From contig OZ024749.1 of NCBI GenBank assembly GCA_964016885.1, forward strand, positions 19,902,001 to 19,966,000: a stretch of DNA of 64,000 bases. Direction: 5' to 3'. Position 1 is the first letter of the stretch. Every line of letters begins with the position of its first letter. This document shows, piece by piece, positions 22,801-35,369 of this stretch. Under the pieces are notes generated by a model that worked only from the letters and a program-made list of their open reading frames with translations, searched no databases and was not told where the DNA came from. The position numbers and the translations under genes are program-made. The DNA is from Eledone cirrhosa. Lineage: Eukaryota.

Positions 22801-25800
22801 TGGCTCGTCTTCCTAACACCGACCACTTTACAGAGTGTACTGGGAGCATAGTTTCTATGGTTGGCTCGTCTTCCTAACACCGACCACTTTACAGAGTGTA
22901 CTGGGAGCATAGTTTCTATGGTTGGCTCGTCTTCCTAACACCGACCACTTTACAGAGTGTACTGGGAGCATAGTTTCTATGGTTGGCTCGTCTTCCTAAC
23001 ACCAACCACTTTACAGAGTGTACTGGGAGCATAGTTTCTATGATTGGCTGGTCTTCCTAACACCAACCACTTTACAGAGTGTACTGGGAGCATAGTTTCT
23101 ATGGTTGGCTGGTCTTCCTAACACCGACCACTTTACAGAGTGTACTGGGAGCATAGTTTCTATGGTTGGCTCGTCTTCCTAACACCGACCACTTTACAGA
23201 GTGTACTGGGAGCATAGTTTCTATGATTGGCTGGTCTTCCTAACACCAACCACTTTACAGAGTGTACTGGGAGCATAGTTTCTATGGTTGGCTGGTCTTC
23301 CTAACACCAACCACTTTACAGAGTGTACTGGGAGCATAGTTTCTATGGTTGGATGCCCTTCCTAACACCGATCACTTTGCAGAGTGTACTGGGAGCATAG
23401 TTTATATGATTGGCTGGTCTTTCTCACACCGACCACTTTACAGAGTGTACTGGGAGCATAGTTTCTATGGTTGGCTGGTCTTCCTAACACCAACCACTTT
23501 ACAGAGTGTACTGGGAGCATAGTTTCTATGGTTGGATGCCCTTCCTAACACCGATCACTTTGCAGAGTGTACTGGGAGCATAGTTTATATGATTGGCTGG
23601 TCTTTCTCACACCGACCACTTTACAGAGTGTACTGGGAGCATAGTTTCTATGGTTGGCTGGTCTTCCTAACACCAACCACTTTACAGAGTGTACTGGGAG
23701 CATAGTTTCTATGGTTGGATGCCCTTCCTAACACCAACCACTTTACAGAGTGTACTGGGAGCATAGTGTCCATGATTGGCTGGTCTTTCTCACACCGACC
23801 ACTTTACAGAGTGTACTGGGAGCATAGTTTCTATGGTTGGCTGGTCTTCCTAACACCAACCACTTTACAGAGTGTACTGGGAGCATAGTGTCCATGATTG
23901 GCTGGTCTTTCTCACACCGACCACTTTACAGAGTGTACTGGGAGCATAGTTTCTATGGTTGGCTGGTCTTCCTAACACCAACCACTTTACAGTGTACTGG
24001 GAGCATAGTTTCTATGGTTGGCTGGTCTTCCTAACACCGACCACTTTACAGAGTGTACTGGGAGCATAGTTTCTAAGGTTGGATGCCCTTCCTAACACCG
24101 ACCACTTTACAGAGTGTACTGGGAGCATAGTTTCTATGGTTGGCTGGTCTTCCTAACACCGACCACTTTACAGAGTGTACTGGGAGCATAGTTTCTATGA
24201 TTGGCTGGTCTTCCTAACACCGACCACTTTACAGAGTGTACTGGGAGCATCGTTTCTAAGGTTGGATGCCCTTCCTAACACCGACCACTTTACAGAGTGT
24301 ACTGGGAGCATAGTTTCTATGGTTGGCTGGTCTTCCTAACACCGACCACTTTACAGAGTGTACTGGGAGCATAGTTTCTATGGTTGGCTGGTCTTCCTAA
24401 CACCGACCACTTTACAGAGTGTACTGGGAGCATAGTTTCTAAGGTTGGATGCCCTTCCTAACACCGACCACTTTACAGAGTGTACTGGGAGCATAGTTTC
24501 TATGGTTGGCTGGTCTTCCTAACACCGACCACTTTACAGAGTGTACTGGGAGCATAGTTTCTATTATTGGCTGGTCTTCCTAACACCAACCACTTTACAG
24601 AGTGTACTCGGAGCACAGTTTCTATGATTGGCTGGTCTTCCTCACACCGACCACTTTACAGAGTGTACGGGGAGCATAGTTTCTATAATTGGCTGGTCTT
24701 CCTAACACCGACCACTTTACAGAGTGTACTGGGAGCACAGTTTCTATGGTTGGCTCGTCTTCCTAACACCGACCACTTTACAGAATCTACTGGCAGCATA
24801 GTTTCTATGGTTGGCTGGTCTTCCTAACACCAATCACTTTACAGGGTGTACTGGGAGCATAGTTTCTATGGTTGGCTGGTCTTCCTAACACCAATCACTT
24901 TACAGAGTGTACTGGGAGCATAGTTTCTATGGTTGGCTCGTCTTCCTAACACCAACAACTTTACAGAGTGTACTGGGAGCATAGTTTCTATTATTGGCTG
25001 GTCTTCCTAACACCAACCACTTTACAGAGTGTACTGGGAGCATAGTTTCTATGATTGGCTGGTCTTCCTAACACCAACCACTTTACAGAGTGTACTGGGA
25101 GCATAGTTTCTATTATTGGCTGGTCTTCCTAACACCGACCACTTTACAGAGTGTACTGGGAGCATAGTTTCTATGGTTGGCTGGTCTTCCTAACACCGAC
25201 CACTTTACAGAGTGTACTGGGAGCATAGTTTCTATTATTGGCTGGTCTTCCTAACACCGACCACTTTACAGAGTGTACTGGGAGCATAGTTTCTATTATT
25301 GGCTGGTCTTCCTAACACCAACAACTTTACAGAGTGTACTGGGAGCATAGTTTCTATTATTGGCTGGTCTTCCTAACACCGACCACTTTACAGAGTGTAT
25401 TGGGAGCATAGTTTCTATGATTGGCTGGTCTTCCTAACACCGACCACTTTACAGAACGTACTGGGAGCATAGTTTCTATGATTGGGTTGTCTTCCTAACA
25501 TCGACCACTTTACAGAGTGTACTGGGAGCATAGATTCTATGGTTAGCTGGTCTTCCTAACACCGACCACTTTACAGAGTGTACTGGGAGCATAGATTCTA
25601 TGGTTGGCTGGTCTTCCTAACACCAACAACTTTACAGAGTGTACTGGGAGCATAGTTTCTATTATTGGCTGGTCTTCCTCACACCGACCACTTTACAGAA
25701 TGTACTGGGAGCATAGTTTCTATGATTGGCTGGTCTTCCTAACACCGACCACTTTACAGAGTGTACTGGGAGCATAGATTCTATGGTTGGCTGGTCTTCC

Positions 25801-27901
25801 TAACACCAATCACTTTACAGAGTGTACTGGGAGCATAGTTTCTATGGTTGGCTGGTCTTCCTAACACCAACCACCTTACAGAGTGTACTGGGAGCACAGT
25901 TTCTATGATTGGCTGGTCTTCCTAACACCGACCACTTTACAGAGTGTACTGGGAGCATAGTTTATATGATTGGCTGGTCTTCCTAACACCGATCACTTTA
26001 CAGAGTGTACTGGGAGCATAGTTTCTATGGTTGGCTCGTCTTCCTAACACCGACCACTTTACAGAGTGTACTGGGAGCATAGATTCTATGGTTGGCTGGT
26101 CTTCCTAACACCGACCACTTTACAGAGTGTACTGGGAGCATAGTTTATATGATTGGCTGGTCTTCCTAACACCGACCACTTTACAGAGTGTACTGGGAGC
26201 ATAGTTTATATGATTGGCTGGTCTTCCTAACACTGACCACTTTACAGAGTGTACTGGGAGCATAGTTTATATGATTGGCTGGTCTTCCTAACACCGACTA
26301 CTTTACAGAGTGTACTGGGAGCATAGTTTCTATGGTTGGCTCGTCTTCCTAACACCGACCACTTTACAGAGTGTACTGGGAGCATAGTTTCTATGATTGG
26401 CTGGTCTTCCTAACATCAACCACTTTACAGAGTGTACTGGGAGCATGGTTTCTATGGTTGGCTGGTCTTCCTAACACCGACCACTTTATAGAGTGTACTG
26501 GGAGCATAGTTTCTATTATTGGCTGGTCTTCCTAACACCAACCACTTTACAGAGTGTACTGGGAGCACAGTTTCTATGATTGGCTGGTCTTCCTAACACC
26601 GACCACTTTACAGAGTGTACTGGGAGCACAGTTTCTATTATTGGCTGGTCTTCCTAACACCAACCACTTTACAGAGTGTACTGGGAGCATAGTTTCTATG
26701 ATTGGCTGGTCTTCCTAACACCGACCACTTTACAGAGTGTACTGGGAGCATAGATTCTATGGTTGGCTGGTCTTCCTAACACCGACCACTTTACAGAGTG
26801 TACTGGGAGCATAGATTCTATGGTTGGCTGGTCTTCCTAACACCGACCACTTTACAGAGTGTACTGGGAGCACAGTTTCTATTATTGGCTGGTCTTCCTA
26901 ACACCAACCACTTTACAGAGTGTACTGGGAGCACAGTTTCTATTATTGGCTGGTCTTCCTAACACCAACCACTTTACAGAGTGTACTGGGAGCACAGTTT
27001 CTATTATTGGCTGGTCTTCCTAACACCAACCACTTTACAGAGTGTACTGGGGGCATAGTTTCTATGATTGGCTGGTCTTCCTAACACCAACCACTTTACA
27101 GAGTGTACTGGGAGCACAGTTTCTATTATTGGCTGGTCTTCCTAACACCAACCACTTTACAGAGTGTACTGGGAGCACAGTTTCTATTATTGGCTGGTCT
27201 TCCTAACACCAACCACTTTACAGAGTGTACTGGGAGCACAGTTTCTATTATTGGCTGGTCTTCCTAACACCAACCACTTTACAGAGTGTACTGGGAGCAC
27301 AGTTTCTATTATTGGCTGGTCTTCCTAACACCAACCACTTTACAGAGTGTATTGGGAGCACAGTTTCTATTATTGGCTGGTCTTCGTAACACCAACCACT
27401 TTACAGAGTGTACTGGGAGCACAGTTTCTATTATTGGCTGGTCTTCCTAACACCAACCACTTTACAGAGTGTACTGGGAGCACAGTTTCTATTATTGGCT
27501 GGTCTTCCTAACACCAACCACTTTACAGAGTGTACTGGGAGCACAGTTTCTATTATTGGCTGGTCTTCCTAACACCAACCACTTTACAGAGTGTACTGGG
27601 AGCACAGTTTCTATTATTGGCTGGTCTTCCTAACACCAACCACTTTACAGAGTGTACTGGGAGCACAGTTTCTATTATTGGCTGGTCTTCCTAACACCAA
27701 CCACTTTACAGAGTGTACTGGGAGCACAGTTTCTATTATTGGCTGGTCTTCCTAACACCAACCACTTTACAGAGTGTACTGGGAGCATAGTTTCTATGGT
27801 TAGCTGGTCTTCCTAACACCAACCACTTTACAGAGTGTACTGGGAGCACAGTTTCTATTATTGGCTGGTCTTCCTAACACCAACCACTTTACAGAGTGTA
27901 C
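19838..27901. repeat. 61-bp satellite array (~132 copies) derived from the RTE 3' UTR
   Basis: Monomer TTTACAGAGTGTACTGGGAGCATAGTTTCTATGGTTGGCTGGTCTTCCTAACACCGACCAC; register shifts 1 nt per 60-nt line. Confidence 0.97.
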
Positions 27902-27908
27902 AGCTACC

Positions 27909-28204
27909 CTGTCTTGTCTTTTTGTCTGTTAGTCTGTCTGACAGTCTATCTGTCAGTCTGTCTGTAAGCTGTCCGTCAGTCTGTCTGCCTATCAGTCTGT
28001 CTCTCAACCTGTCTGTCAGTCTCTCTGTCAATCTCTCTCTCCATCTGTATTGCCTGTCAGTCTCTCTGTCAATCTCTCTCTCCATCTGTATTGCCTGTCA
28101 GTCTCTCTGTCAGTCCATCTGTCTGTCAGTCTGTCTGTCAGTCAGTCATTCAGTCTGTCAGTCAGTCTCTCTGTCAGTCTGCCTGTCTGCCTGTCTGTCT
28201 GTCT
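27909..28204. repeat. (GTCT/GTCA)n degenerate microsatellite, left flank of the Tx1 element
   Basis: The same repeat resumes at 33824-33955. Confidence 0.85.
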
Positions 28205-28379
28205 GAGGATAGTAGACGTGTTTCGTATCGCTCCCTGATTTGGATTTTTACCTGCTAATTTTGTGAGTGGATTTTTTTGAATTCTTTTGTATAATTAACT
28301 GTAACCCCTAGTCTGGGACTCTAGACGTCGGGTAAATATATTTTCACCCCTTTTGGGGTGAAAAATAAATATTTCAGAA

Positions 28380-30227
28380 ATGTTTATCGATATCGTTGAT
28401 AACGATATCGTCGAAAACGATATCGCCATATTGGAAGCGAACGCCACGCCGACCAAAAAAGCAAGCTGGAAAGAGGGTACAACAGTTCAAACTGTTGAAC
28501 AACCCCTCCTCTCCAATGAAAAAAAGAATTTCAATTCAAATGAAAAAATTAATTTTCAAGAAAAAAATAACACCACAAATAAGGAAACCAACAACATTAC
28601 AACAACAAACAAAGACAAAATTTCTTTTGCCCAAACACTTAGGAGAGCCACGGAATACAAAGCCATTGACATCACGAACGCCAAGGAAAATTTGCTAGAG
28701 GCTAGAAAATACGTATCTTTTGGGGAGGATGGTTCTTTTACGATCAACTCCCCAGAAGAAGTACGTCAACAGATTTACAAGAATACCGTAAGCTACAGAA
28801 CCATAACCAACGAAACGAGAAAGCCAGCGCAATTGACCGAAAGTCAAATCGAGCTGGTTCTGAAAGAAATTAAAAATGACATACTCTTTATTCAAAGAGG
28901 AAAGCTGTATGCCAGCATTATGGTCCGAATGAAGGACGAAATGCTGGCTCAGAAATATTCGGTGGCACCTATAGTGTCACCACAATACACCTTCTTCCCC
29001 ACATATAAAGGAAGAAGAACACAAAGGATAAGAATGTGGAGCCCTACGCCAGTAATTAACATCTGGTCCGTCCTAACAGGATTTACCGACCTAGATAAGG
29101 ACATACTAATTTCAGCAGGGGAGTCCACCAGTGGACTGTTCGGGGGGAAAAGTCTGGAGGTTCTCTTACAGATGACACCTGAGAGAATCTCCGGAATACC
29201 CGACCGAGTGCTACTGGATGGGCGAACCTACATACATATCACAGTGGAAGGCAGGAGACCCTCATGTTACCACTGCGCTGGCAGAGGTCACCTGAGGACG
29301 GCCTGCCCTCTACTAACAACTAAAAAACCACTGCTACAAACACCACAACAACAACAAAAACAACCAGCACCACCATCACAAAAACAACAAAATACACTAC
29401 CATCTCCACCAGAACAACAAAAACCAACAACACCACCACCACCACCACCACCACAACAACAACAACATCAACAACAGCTCAAGAAAACAACCCAAAACAC
29501 GGTCCCACCCAGCCCCACCCCACAGAATACAAATACAAAAACAGTTCATACACAACCCGGAGATATACCCCTCCCCTCCAATACGGAAGAGGAGCTCATA
29601 TCGTCGGAAGACGAGGGGGCTCCCTTCCAAAAAGTGAAAAGAAAAAAACGTACACACACCACACAAACAAAAATAACCCCACCTGACAACACAACACAGA
29701 CAATAAAACGCAAACTCACTCAACAACAACAAGCAAAAACAAACACAACAACACAAAAACTCTACACATACATAAACAAAAACAATGAAAACCTAACTTT
29801 AAAAATAGAAACCAACCCTTCGATACAAACCGAAGGGCCGAATTTCGTAACGGCAATGGGGCTCCCTAACCGGAAAATGGTGAAAATCCCACTTGACATT
29901 TTCAAAACTTTAAAAGACATGTACCCTGAGGACGTGGGCCCACCCTGCACCAGGCCACTCAACCGCGTCCTCCTGAAAGGTTTTCCCCTCCCCTCCTCAA
30001 ACACCCACACAACTCCAAAGATCCCAACCCCTCCACACACTAATACCCCCACACCACCACAAACCACCACCCACCCATCAACCCCTCCATCAGCCCCATG
30101 GAAACTGAGCGACCCGAACCCCGGGACGCAGAGAGGTAAGTGCCTCTTTCTTTGCCACCAATATGGCTGTCTTAAGAGTAGGTTGTCTAAATGCGCGTGG
30201 CCTGGGCTCACCTTGGAAGCAAGCTAA
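28380..30227 (+). CDS. ORF1 gag-like nucleic-acid-binding protein
   Basis: CYHCAGRGHLRTAC zinc knuckle; long Q/P/T-rich tail; the true 3' end may be the TAA at 30137-30139. Confidence 0.82.
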   Translation: MFIDIVDNDIVENDIAILEANATPTKKASWKEGTTVQTVEQPLLSNEKKNFNSNEKINFQEKNNTTNKETNNITTTNKDKISFAQTLRRATEYKAIDITNAKENLLEARKYVSFGEDGSFTINSPEEVRQQIYKNTVSYRTITNETRKPAQLTESQIELVLKEIKNDILFIQRGKLYASIMVRMKDEMLAQKYSVAPIVSPQYTFFPTYKGRRTQRIRMWSPTPVINIWSVLTGFTDLDKDILISAGESTSGLFGGKSLEVLLQMTPERISGIPDRVLLDGRTYIHITVEGRRPSCYHCAGRGHLRTACPLLTTKKPLLQTPQQQQKQPAPPSQKQQNTLPSPPEQQKPTTPPPPPPPQQQQHQQQLKKTTQNTVPPSPTPQNTNTKTVHTQPGDIPLPSNTEEELISSEDEGAPFQKVKRKKRTHTTQTKITPPDNTTQTIKRKLTQQQQAKTNTTTQKLYTYINKNNENLTLKIETNPSIQTEGPNFVTAMGLPNRKMVKIPLDIFKTLKDMYPEDVGPPCTRPLNRVLLKGFPLPSSNTHTTPKIPTPPHTNTPTPPQTTTHPSTPPSAPWKLSDPNPGTQRGKCLFLCHQYGCLKSRLSKCAWPGLTLEAS

Positions 30228-33200
30228 ACTTCTAAGTGACCTCAGGTCACAATGTGTAAATGTGATGGTTATTTGCGAGGCCCGGATCAGCAGCATGCGA
30301 CAGCTAACCCCCACCTTTGATGACTTTGAGATGCACGCATCTCTCTGTCAGCCCGGAGGTGGGGGTGGGGTTGTCGTTCTGCTGCAAAAACATCTGGGTC
30401 TCGCTACACAGACGGTACACTTGGACCCGGAGGGTCGACTCGTGGTTCTGGACCTTGGCAATGGTGAAGGCGAAGCTTTTAGGCTTGTCGCCGTATACGC
30501 CCCTTTTGGGGCAATGCGGTCGGACTTCTTCCATCGTCTGGAGACTTTTCTAGGGACGTCCCGCTCCTTGCTTTTAGTGGGGGACTGGAATGGTATCCTA
30601 GATGCACGTTGGGACTATGTAGGGGCATGTCCCGATAGAGGGGGGTGTAACAGCCTTAAGGGGTTAATCGGCCGATTCGACCTGGCCGATAGATACCGAC
30701 TAGATTTTCCGACTGTACCAACCTGGACCTGGTCAAATAACAGTGGTCAATCTAGATCGTACCTAGATAGGTTCTTAGTTAGAATTAAGGATAGGGACTT
30801 TTTAAGTTGTCCAGAAATGCTCATGGTGGGCTATTCAGACCACAAGTTAGTGACCTGCGTAGTCCACCTTGATAGAACGCATAGGCAGGGGCCCGGTTAC
30901 TGGAAGCTCAACTTGTCCTTACCGGCAAGTAGAGCTTACAGGGACCGGATTAGAACCTTAGTTAAGGAGCAGTTGACGGGCGCCATTGTCAACAACAGGT
31001 GGTGGGGCTCTCTAAAAAGAGAGATTAGAGTAGTTTCAATAGGAGTTAGTAAGGAGTTAGCCTCAGATAGAAATAGGAAGGAAAGGGAGTTGATAGTTAA
31101 TGTTGAAGAGGCAATGAGAAACGGCAACGTGGCCAGAGTGCAAGCGTCGAGAACGGTCTTGAACCAGTTCTTCGACGCGAAACACGAAGGCTGCGTTGTC
31201 CGAAGCAAAATACGTGCTCTGGGAAACGAGGGGACCAAAGCTGTTAGCTGGGCCCGCGTGACAGAAGCGAAAAGTGGGATTAAATCCACTATCCGGTCTT
31301 TGCGAGACCAGGATGGACGGCTGATCCTTGAACCTAAGCAAATGTGCGAGGCCTTTCAAAGGCACTTTGCCCAATTGTTCGGGAGGGGCGGGGAGCCGGT
31401 TGGAGATGTGGATTTCGGTCCATACCTCGACGGCCTGCCGCGTCTTTCGGACAGGGAGGCGAGGTCCTGCGACGGGCCGATCTCAGCTGCTGAAATAGGG
31501 GACGTGCTGAGCCTATGCGGCAAACGCAAATCTCCAGGACTCGATGGTCTGCCCTACGAACTATATATTAATATGCCGGACTTGTTCCCCGATCTCCTCG
31601 AGGCGGTCTACTGCAACTGGCAACAGAACGGGAGAATTCCCTGTTCTGTGACCAAGGGCGTAGTCTCGCTAGTGAGGAAGGACGAGAACAAGGGGGATGA
31701 CATTAGTAATTTTAGGCCCATAACTCTGCTAAATGCAGAGTTAAAGATTTTGGCGAAGGTGTTAGCGAAGAGGTTGGCGCTTGTCGTGGGGGGCCTGGTG
31801 GGAGATGCGCAGACATGCGCTATCCCGTCCAGGTCCATCCACGACAACCTCCACCTCATGCGATACATCATAGAGAGGGTTGGGAACGAACCCGGCTTTG
31901 GTGGGGCCCTGATAAATTTAGATCAGTCTAAAGCGTTCGATAGGGTGGACCATGGTTACCTGGATGCGGTGCTAGCGGCGGCTGGGTTCGGACCCGTTTT
32001 CAGGGGCTGGATCACTGCCATGCACAGCAGCCGCATCTGCTCTAGAATCAAGGTGAACGGCTACCTTTCGGAGCCGTTCGAAATCACCCGCTCCATCCGA
32101 CAGGAGTGCCCTCTCTCCTCCCTTCTGTATGTGTTGACTCTCGAGCCATTACTGCGGAAGTTGGAGTTGTTGCAGGGCATCCCTTTGGAACCGGGATTGC
32201 GCAAAGCGGTGTCGGCCTACGCCGATGACGTAACAGTAATGGTGTCGACCGCCTCGGAAATCGAGGCAATCGGCACCTTACTAGAGGAGTACGAAAGGTT
32301 GACAGGGGCTAAGCTGAACCGGGACAAGTCAGTCGCTTTGCAACTCGGTGAGTGGAGGGCCAAAGCGATGTCGTGCGACGGTATCGTCGGACGGTGGACG
32401 GAGGGCCCGGTGAAGTTGCTTGGGGTCTGGTTCGGACCGGACCTCCAGGTGGAGAAAAACTGGGGTGAGGTGACGAATAGGGTGTTTGCACTGACCTAGA
32501 AGTGGGCCGAGTGCAAACTATCCCTAAAAGGTCGGGCGGAGGTGGCGAACGCTTACATAGCGTCCGTCATCTATTACCACTTGACTGTCGTGCCTTGCCC
32601 GGGTGAGATCCTCGCCAAAATGGAGCGCGCCCTCTTTTATTTCCTTTGGAAGAAGAGGTCTCCTCTGGTGAGGAGATCCATCTGCTGTCAACACCCTTTG
32701 AAAGGAGGGCTGGGGATGCCGTGGCTAAAAATGCGTAAACACGCATTGAGGCTAAGGCACCTCCACGTATTCCTCACCGGTCAACCGGTGTGGGCCCCGT
32801 TTGTGAGGCGAGCCTTCCCGAGGCTCGTCTCGCTCACCGAGCTGCAGTCCTGGGTGAAGCAAAGACCGAGAAAACTGGGCGACTGGCACACCGAGTGTGC
32901 CCAGGCGCTCACGGCTCTCTGGCAGGCGGACCCGGCTATCGACAGAGACTCCACCTCGTCATTCTATAGAGGGCTGGTGGTTAGCGGGTGCGACGACGCC
33001 CTCGGAGAAGCCCTAGGCATGGAGGAGGACGAACTGGCCAGTCTATTCGGTAGGACTTTCGGCCCGGGACCTATGGACAACTTCCAGAAGTCCTTGGCCT
33101 GGCAGTGCTACCGAGGGGCTCTGCCCGTTCGGGATAAGCTCTACAGACACGGGCGCCCGGGTAGGGACCCCTCGAAAAAGATCTGTCCCAGATGCGTGTG

Positions 33201-33600
33201 CGACGAGGAAACCGTCGCGCACGCATTGGTGCACTGCCCGAGCGTTGCCGATCTGTGGGGCTATGTTGAACAACTGCTGTCACGGGTGGGACCAATTAGG
33301 TTGACCACCGAGTCCATTGTAACGATCAAGCCGCCTCCCCCCTTCAAAAATGAAGGAGAGGCGGTCTTCCTCTGTGTAATAGCCATGGTAAAAGAGGCTA
33401 TATGGTGGACGCGTCTGAAAGGGCTGAGGTCGGACACCTTTCTCTCCGGCCAACAACTGGTCCTTTTTCTCCGATACCATTTCGGAAGAAGGATCAGGAT
33501 GGAGAGAGAGGTGCTCCACCCCAGCCAGTTTTATGAAAGGTGGGTGAAAGTTGCGAGAATGGCCCGTGTGAATGGGCCTTCTCTCTACCTCAGCCTGTAG
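30163..33600 (+). pseudogene. ORF2 AP endonuclease + RT + C-terminal zinc finger with one in-frame stop (32497-32499)
   Basis: LNARGL, GDWN, YLDRF, SDH, GYWKLN, KSPGLDG, FRPITLLN, DQSKAFD, YADD, CPRC..ETVAHALVHC. ORFs 30163 and 32542 are in the same frame. QGCPLSP is altered to QECPLSS. Confidence 0.92.
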
Positions 33601-33905
33601 GTGGAACAGAAAGAAGGGAGCACCCTCTCTTTGTGCTCCCGTGGAGAAGGGTCGCACATTTTTTTTCGGGGGTGTGTGTGACCCCAAAACGATCCCTCCC
33701 TATTGAGGACCTTCTTGTTATTATTTTGTTTGTTATATTTTTCTTACTCGATTTTTATGTAAACTCCCCCCACCCATGTACATGTCCCTTTCTTTTGTGC
33801 CCTAGTGGCAAATAAACAGAAATTTGTCTGTCAGTTTGTCTGTCTGTCTGTCAGTCACTCAGTCTGTCAGTCAGTCAGTCAGTCAGTCAGTCAGTCAGTC
33901 AGTCA

Positions 33906-33955
<50 letters not shown>

Positions 33956-34164
33956 TACAACACACCAATTAAGGCACCATACATCAGAATATAATATCAA
34001 AATAACTTTGCCAGTAAAAACTCAAATACTTTCTTCAACACATCATTATATTTTATATTATTTTATTATATATTATTCAATTATTATTTCCATATTCCAG
34101 CACCCCCCCCCCCCATCATATCTCCACCTCAACCGTCCTCCCTTATACACACACGCATAAACCC

Positions 34165-34173
34165 ATATGCACG

Positions 34174-34227
<54 letters not shown>

Positions 34228-34241
34228 TGTATATAAATATG

Positions 34242-34312
<71 letters not shown>

Positions 34313-34425
34313 GTATGTATGTATATATATATATATGTATGTATATATGTGAGAGAGAGAGAGAGGGACAGCACATTTTTATGTTTCTGTATTTTACTAC
34401 TTTCTAAATATGGGGGCATATTTTG

Positions 34426-34475
<50 letters not shown>

Positions 34476-34550
34476 GTGTGTGTGTGTATATATATGTATG
34501 TGTGTGTGTGTATATACATGTGTATGTATATGTGTGTGTGTGTATGCATG
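34165..34550. repeat. (TA/TG)n microsatellites
   Basis: Direct reading. Confidence 0.88.
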
Positions 34551-35369
34551 TTCCTTAAAAGTATTATATAAAATAAAAGATGGTATTATATTCCATAGTT
34601 CTAGAGTTTTTGTACCCCCACCCATCACCACCCACTTCCCTCTCTCCTCTCTGTCACCCTCTTTTGCCCTCTCTTACCGTCTCCCACGCCCCTCTCATCT
34701 CCTCGCCCCTCCCCCTCTCATTCGCTCTCCCGCTGCCCTCTCATTTCTTCCCCCCTTCACCCTTTTCACCACCCTCCACCCTCCACCACACTACATGTCA
34801 AAAGAAAGGTCTGTGGAATTGGTTAGGTTAAAGAAAAAGTCTTTTGAATCAGCTGCTGGTCTCCCTCTCCCTCCCCCAGCCCACAAGTCCTCTCCCCCCC
34901 ACACCTCTCGCCCCTTCCCCCTCACTCTCTTGCTGCACCATTGCGCACCTTTGTTGCAAAACATGCAAGAAAAATTTGGTGCCATCACCTTAATTGTATT
35001 GCATTGTTCTCTTGACTGGGTGTTCTCTTGTCTTGTGGCTTTTGTAAAAGACAACAGTAATAGCAGCAACAATAACAACCACTGCAACAACAACCTCTAC
35101 AGCAACAACAACAATATAACAATAGTAAAAATGAAAATAACACCACCAACAACTACAGCAACACTACAACAGCAGCACCAATTATAACAGTGACAATGGT
35201 AACAATAACAATAACAACAACAACAACAACCACTACAACAACAACAATAATATCAATAACAACCATTACAACAACAACAACAGCAACAGCTATAACAATA
35301 ATAACTGCAATTACAGTTATAACAACAACAACAACAACATCAACAACAGCAGCAATTATGACAATGACG

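Larger units (their letters stand above)
28205..33823 (+). mobile_element. Near-full-length Tx1-clade (L1 group) non-LTR retrotransposon
   Basis: 5' UTR, ORF1 with CCHC knuckle, ORF2 with APE-RT-zinc finger, AATAAA at 33811-33816; flanked by (GTCT/GTCA)n. Confidence 0.9.

Noticed and set aside
19838-27901. CRISPR array
   Set aside because: Head-to-tail monomers with no unique spacers, no cas genes, eukaryotic context
32497-32499. Programmed readthrough or selenocysteine recoding in Tx1 ORF2 or the PLE ORFs
   Set aside because: The stop is TAG rather than TGA, no SECIS was recognised, and other damaging substitutions indicate ordinary decay
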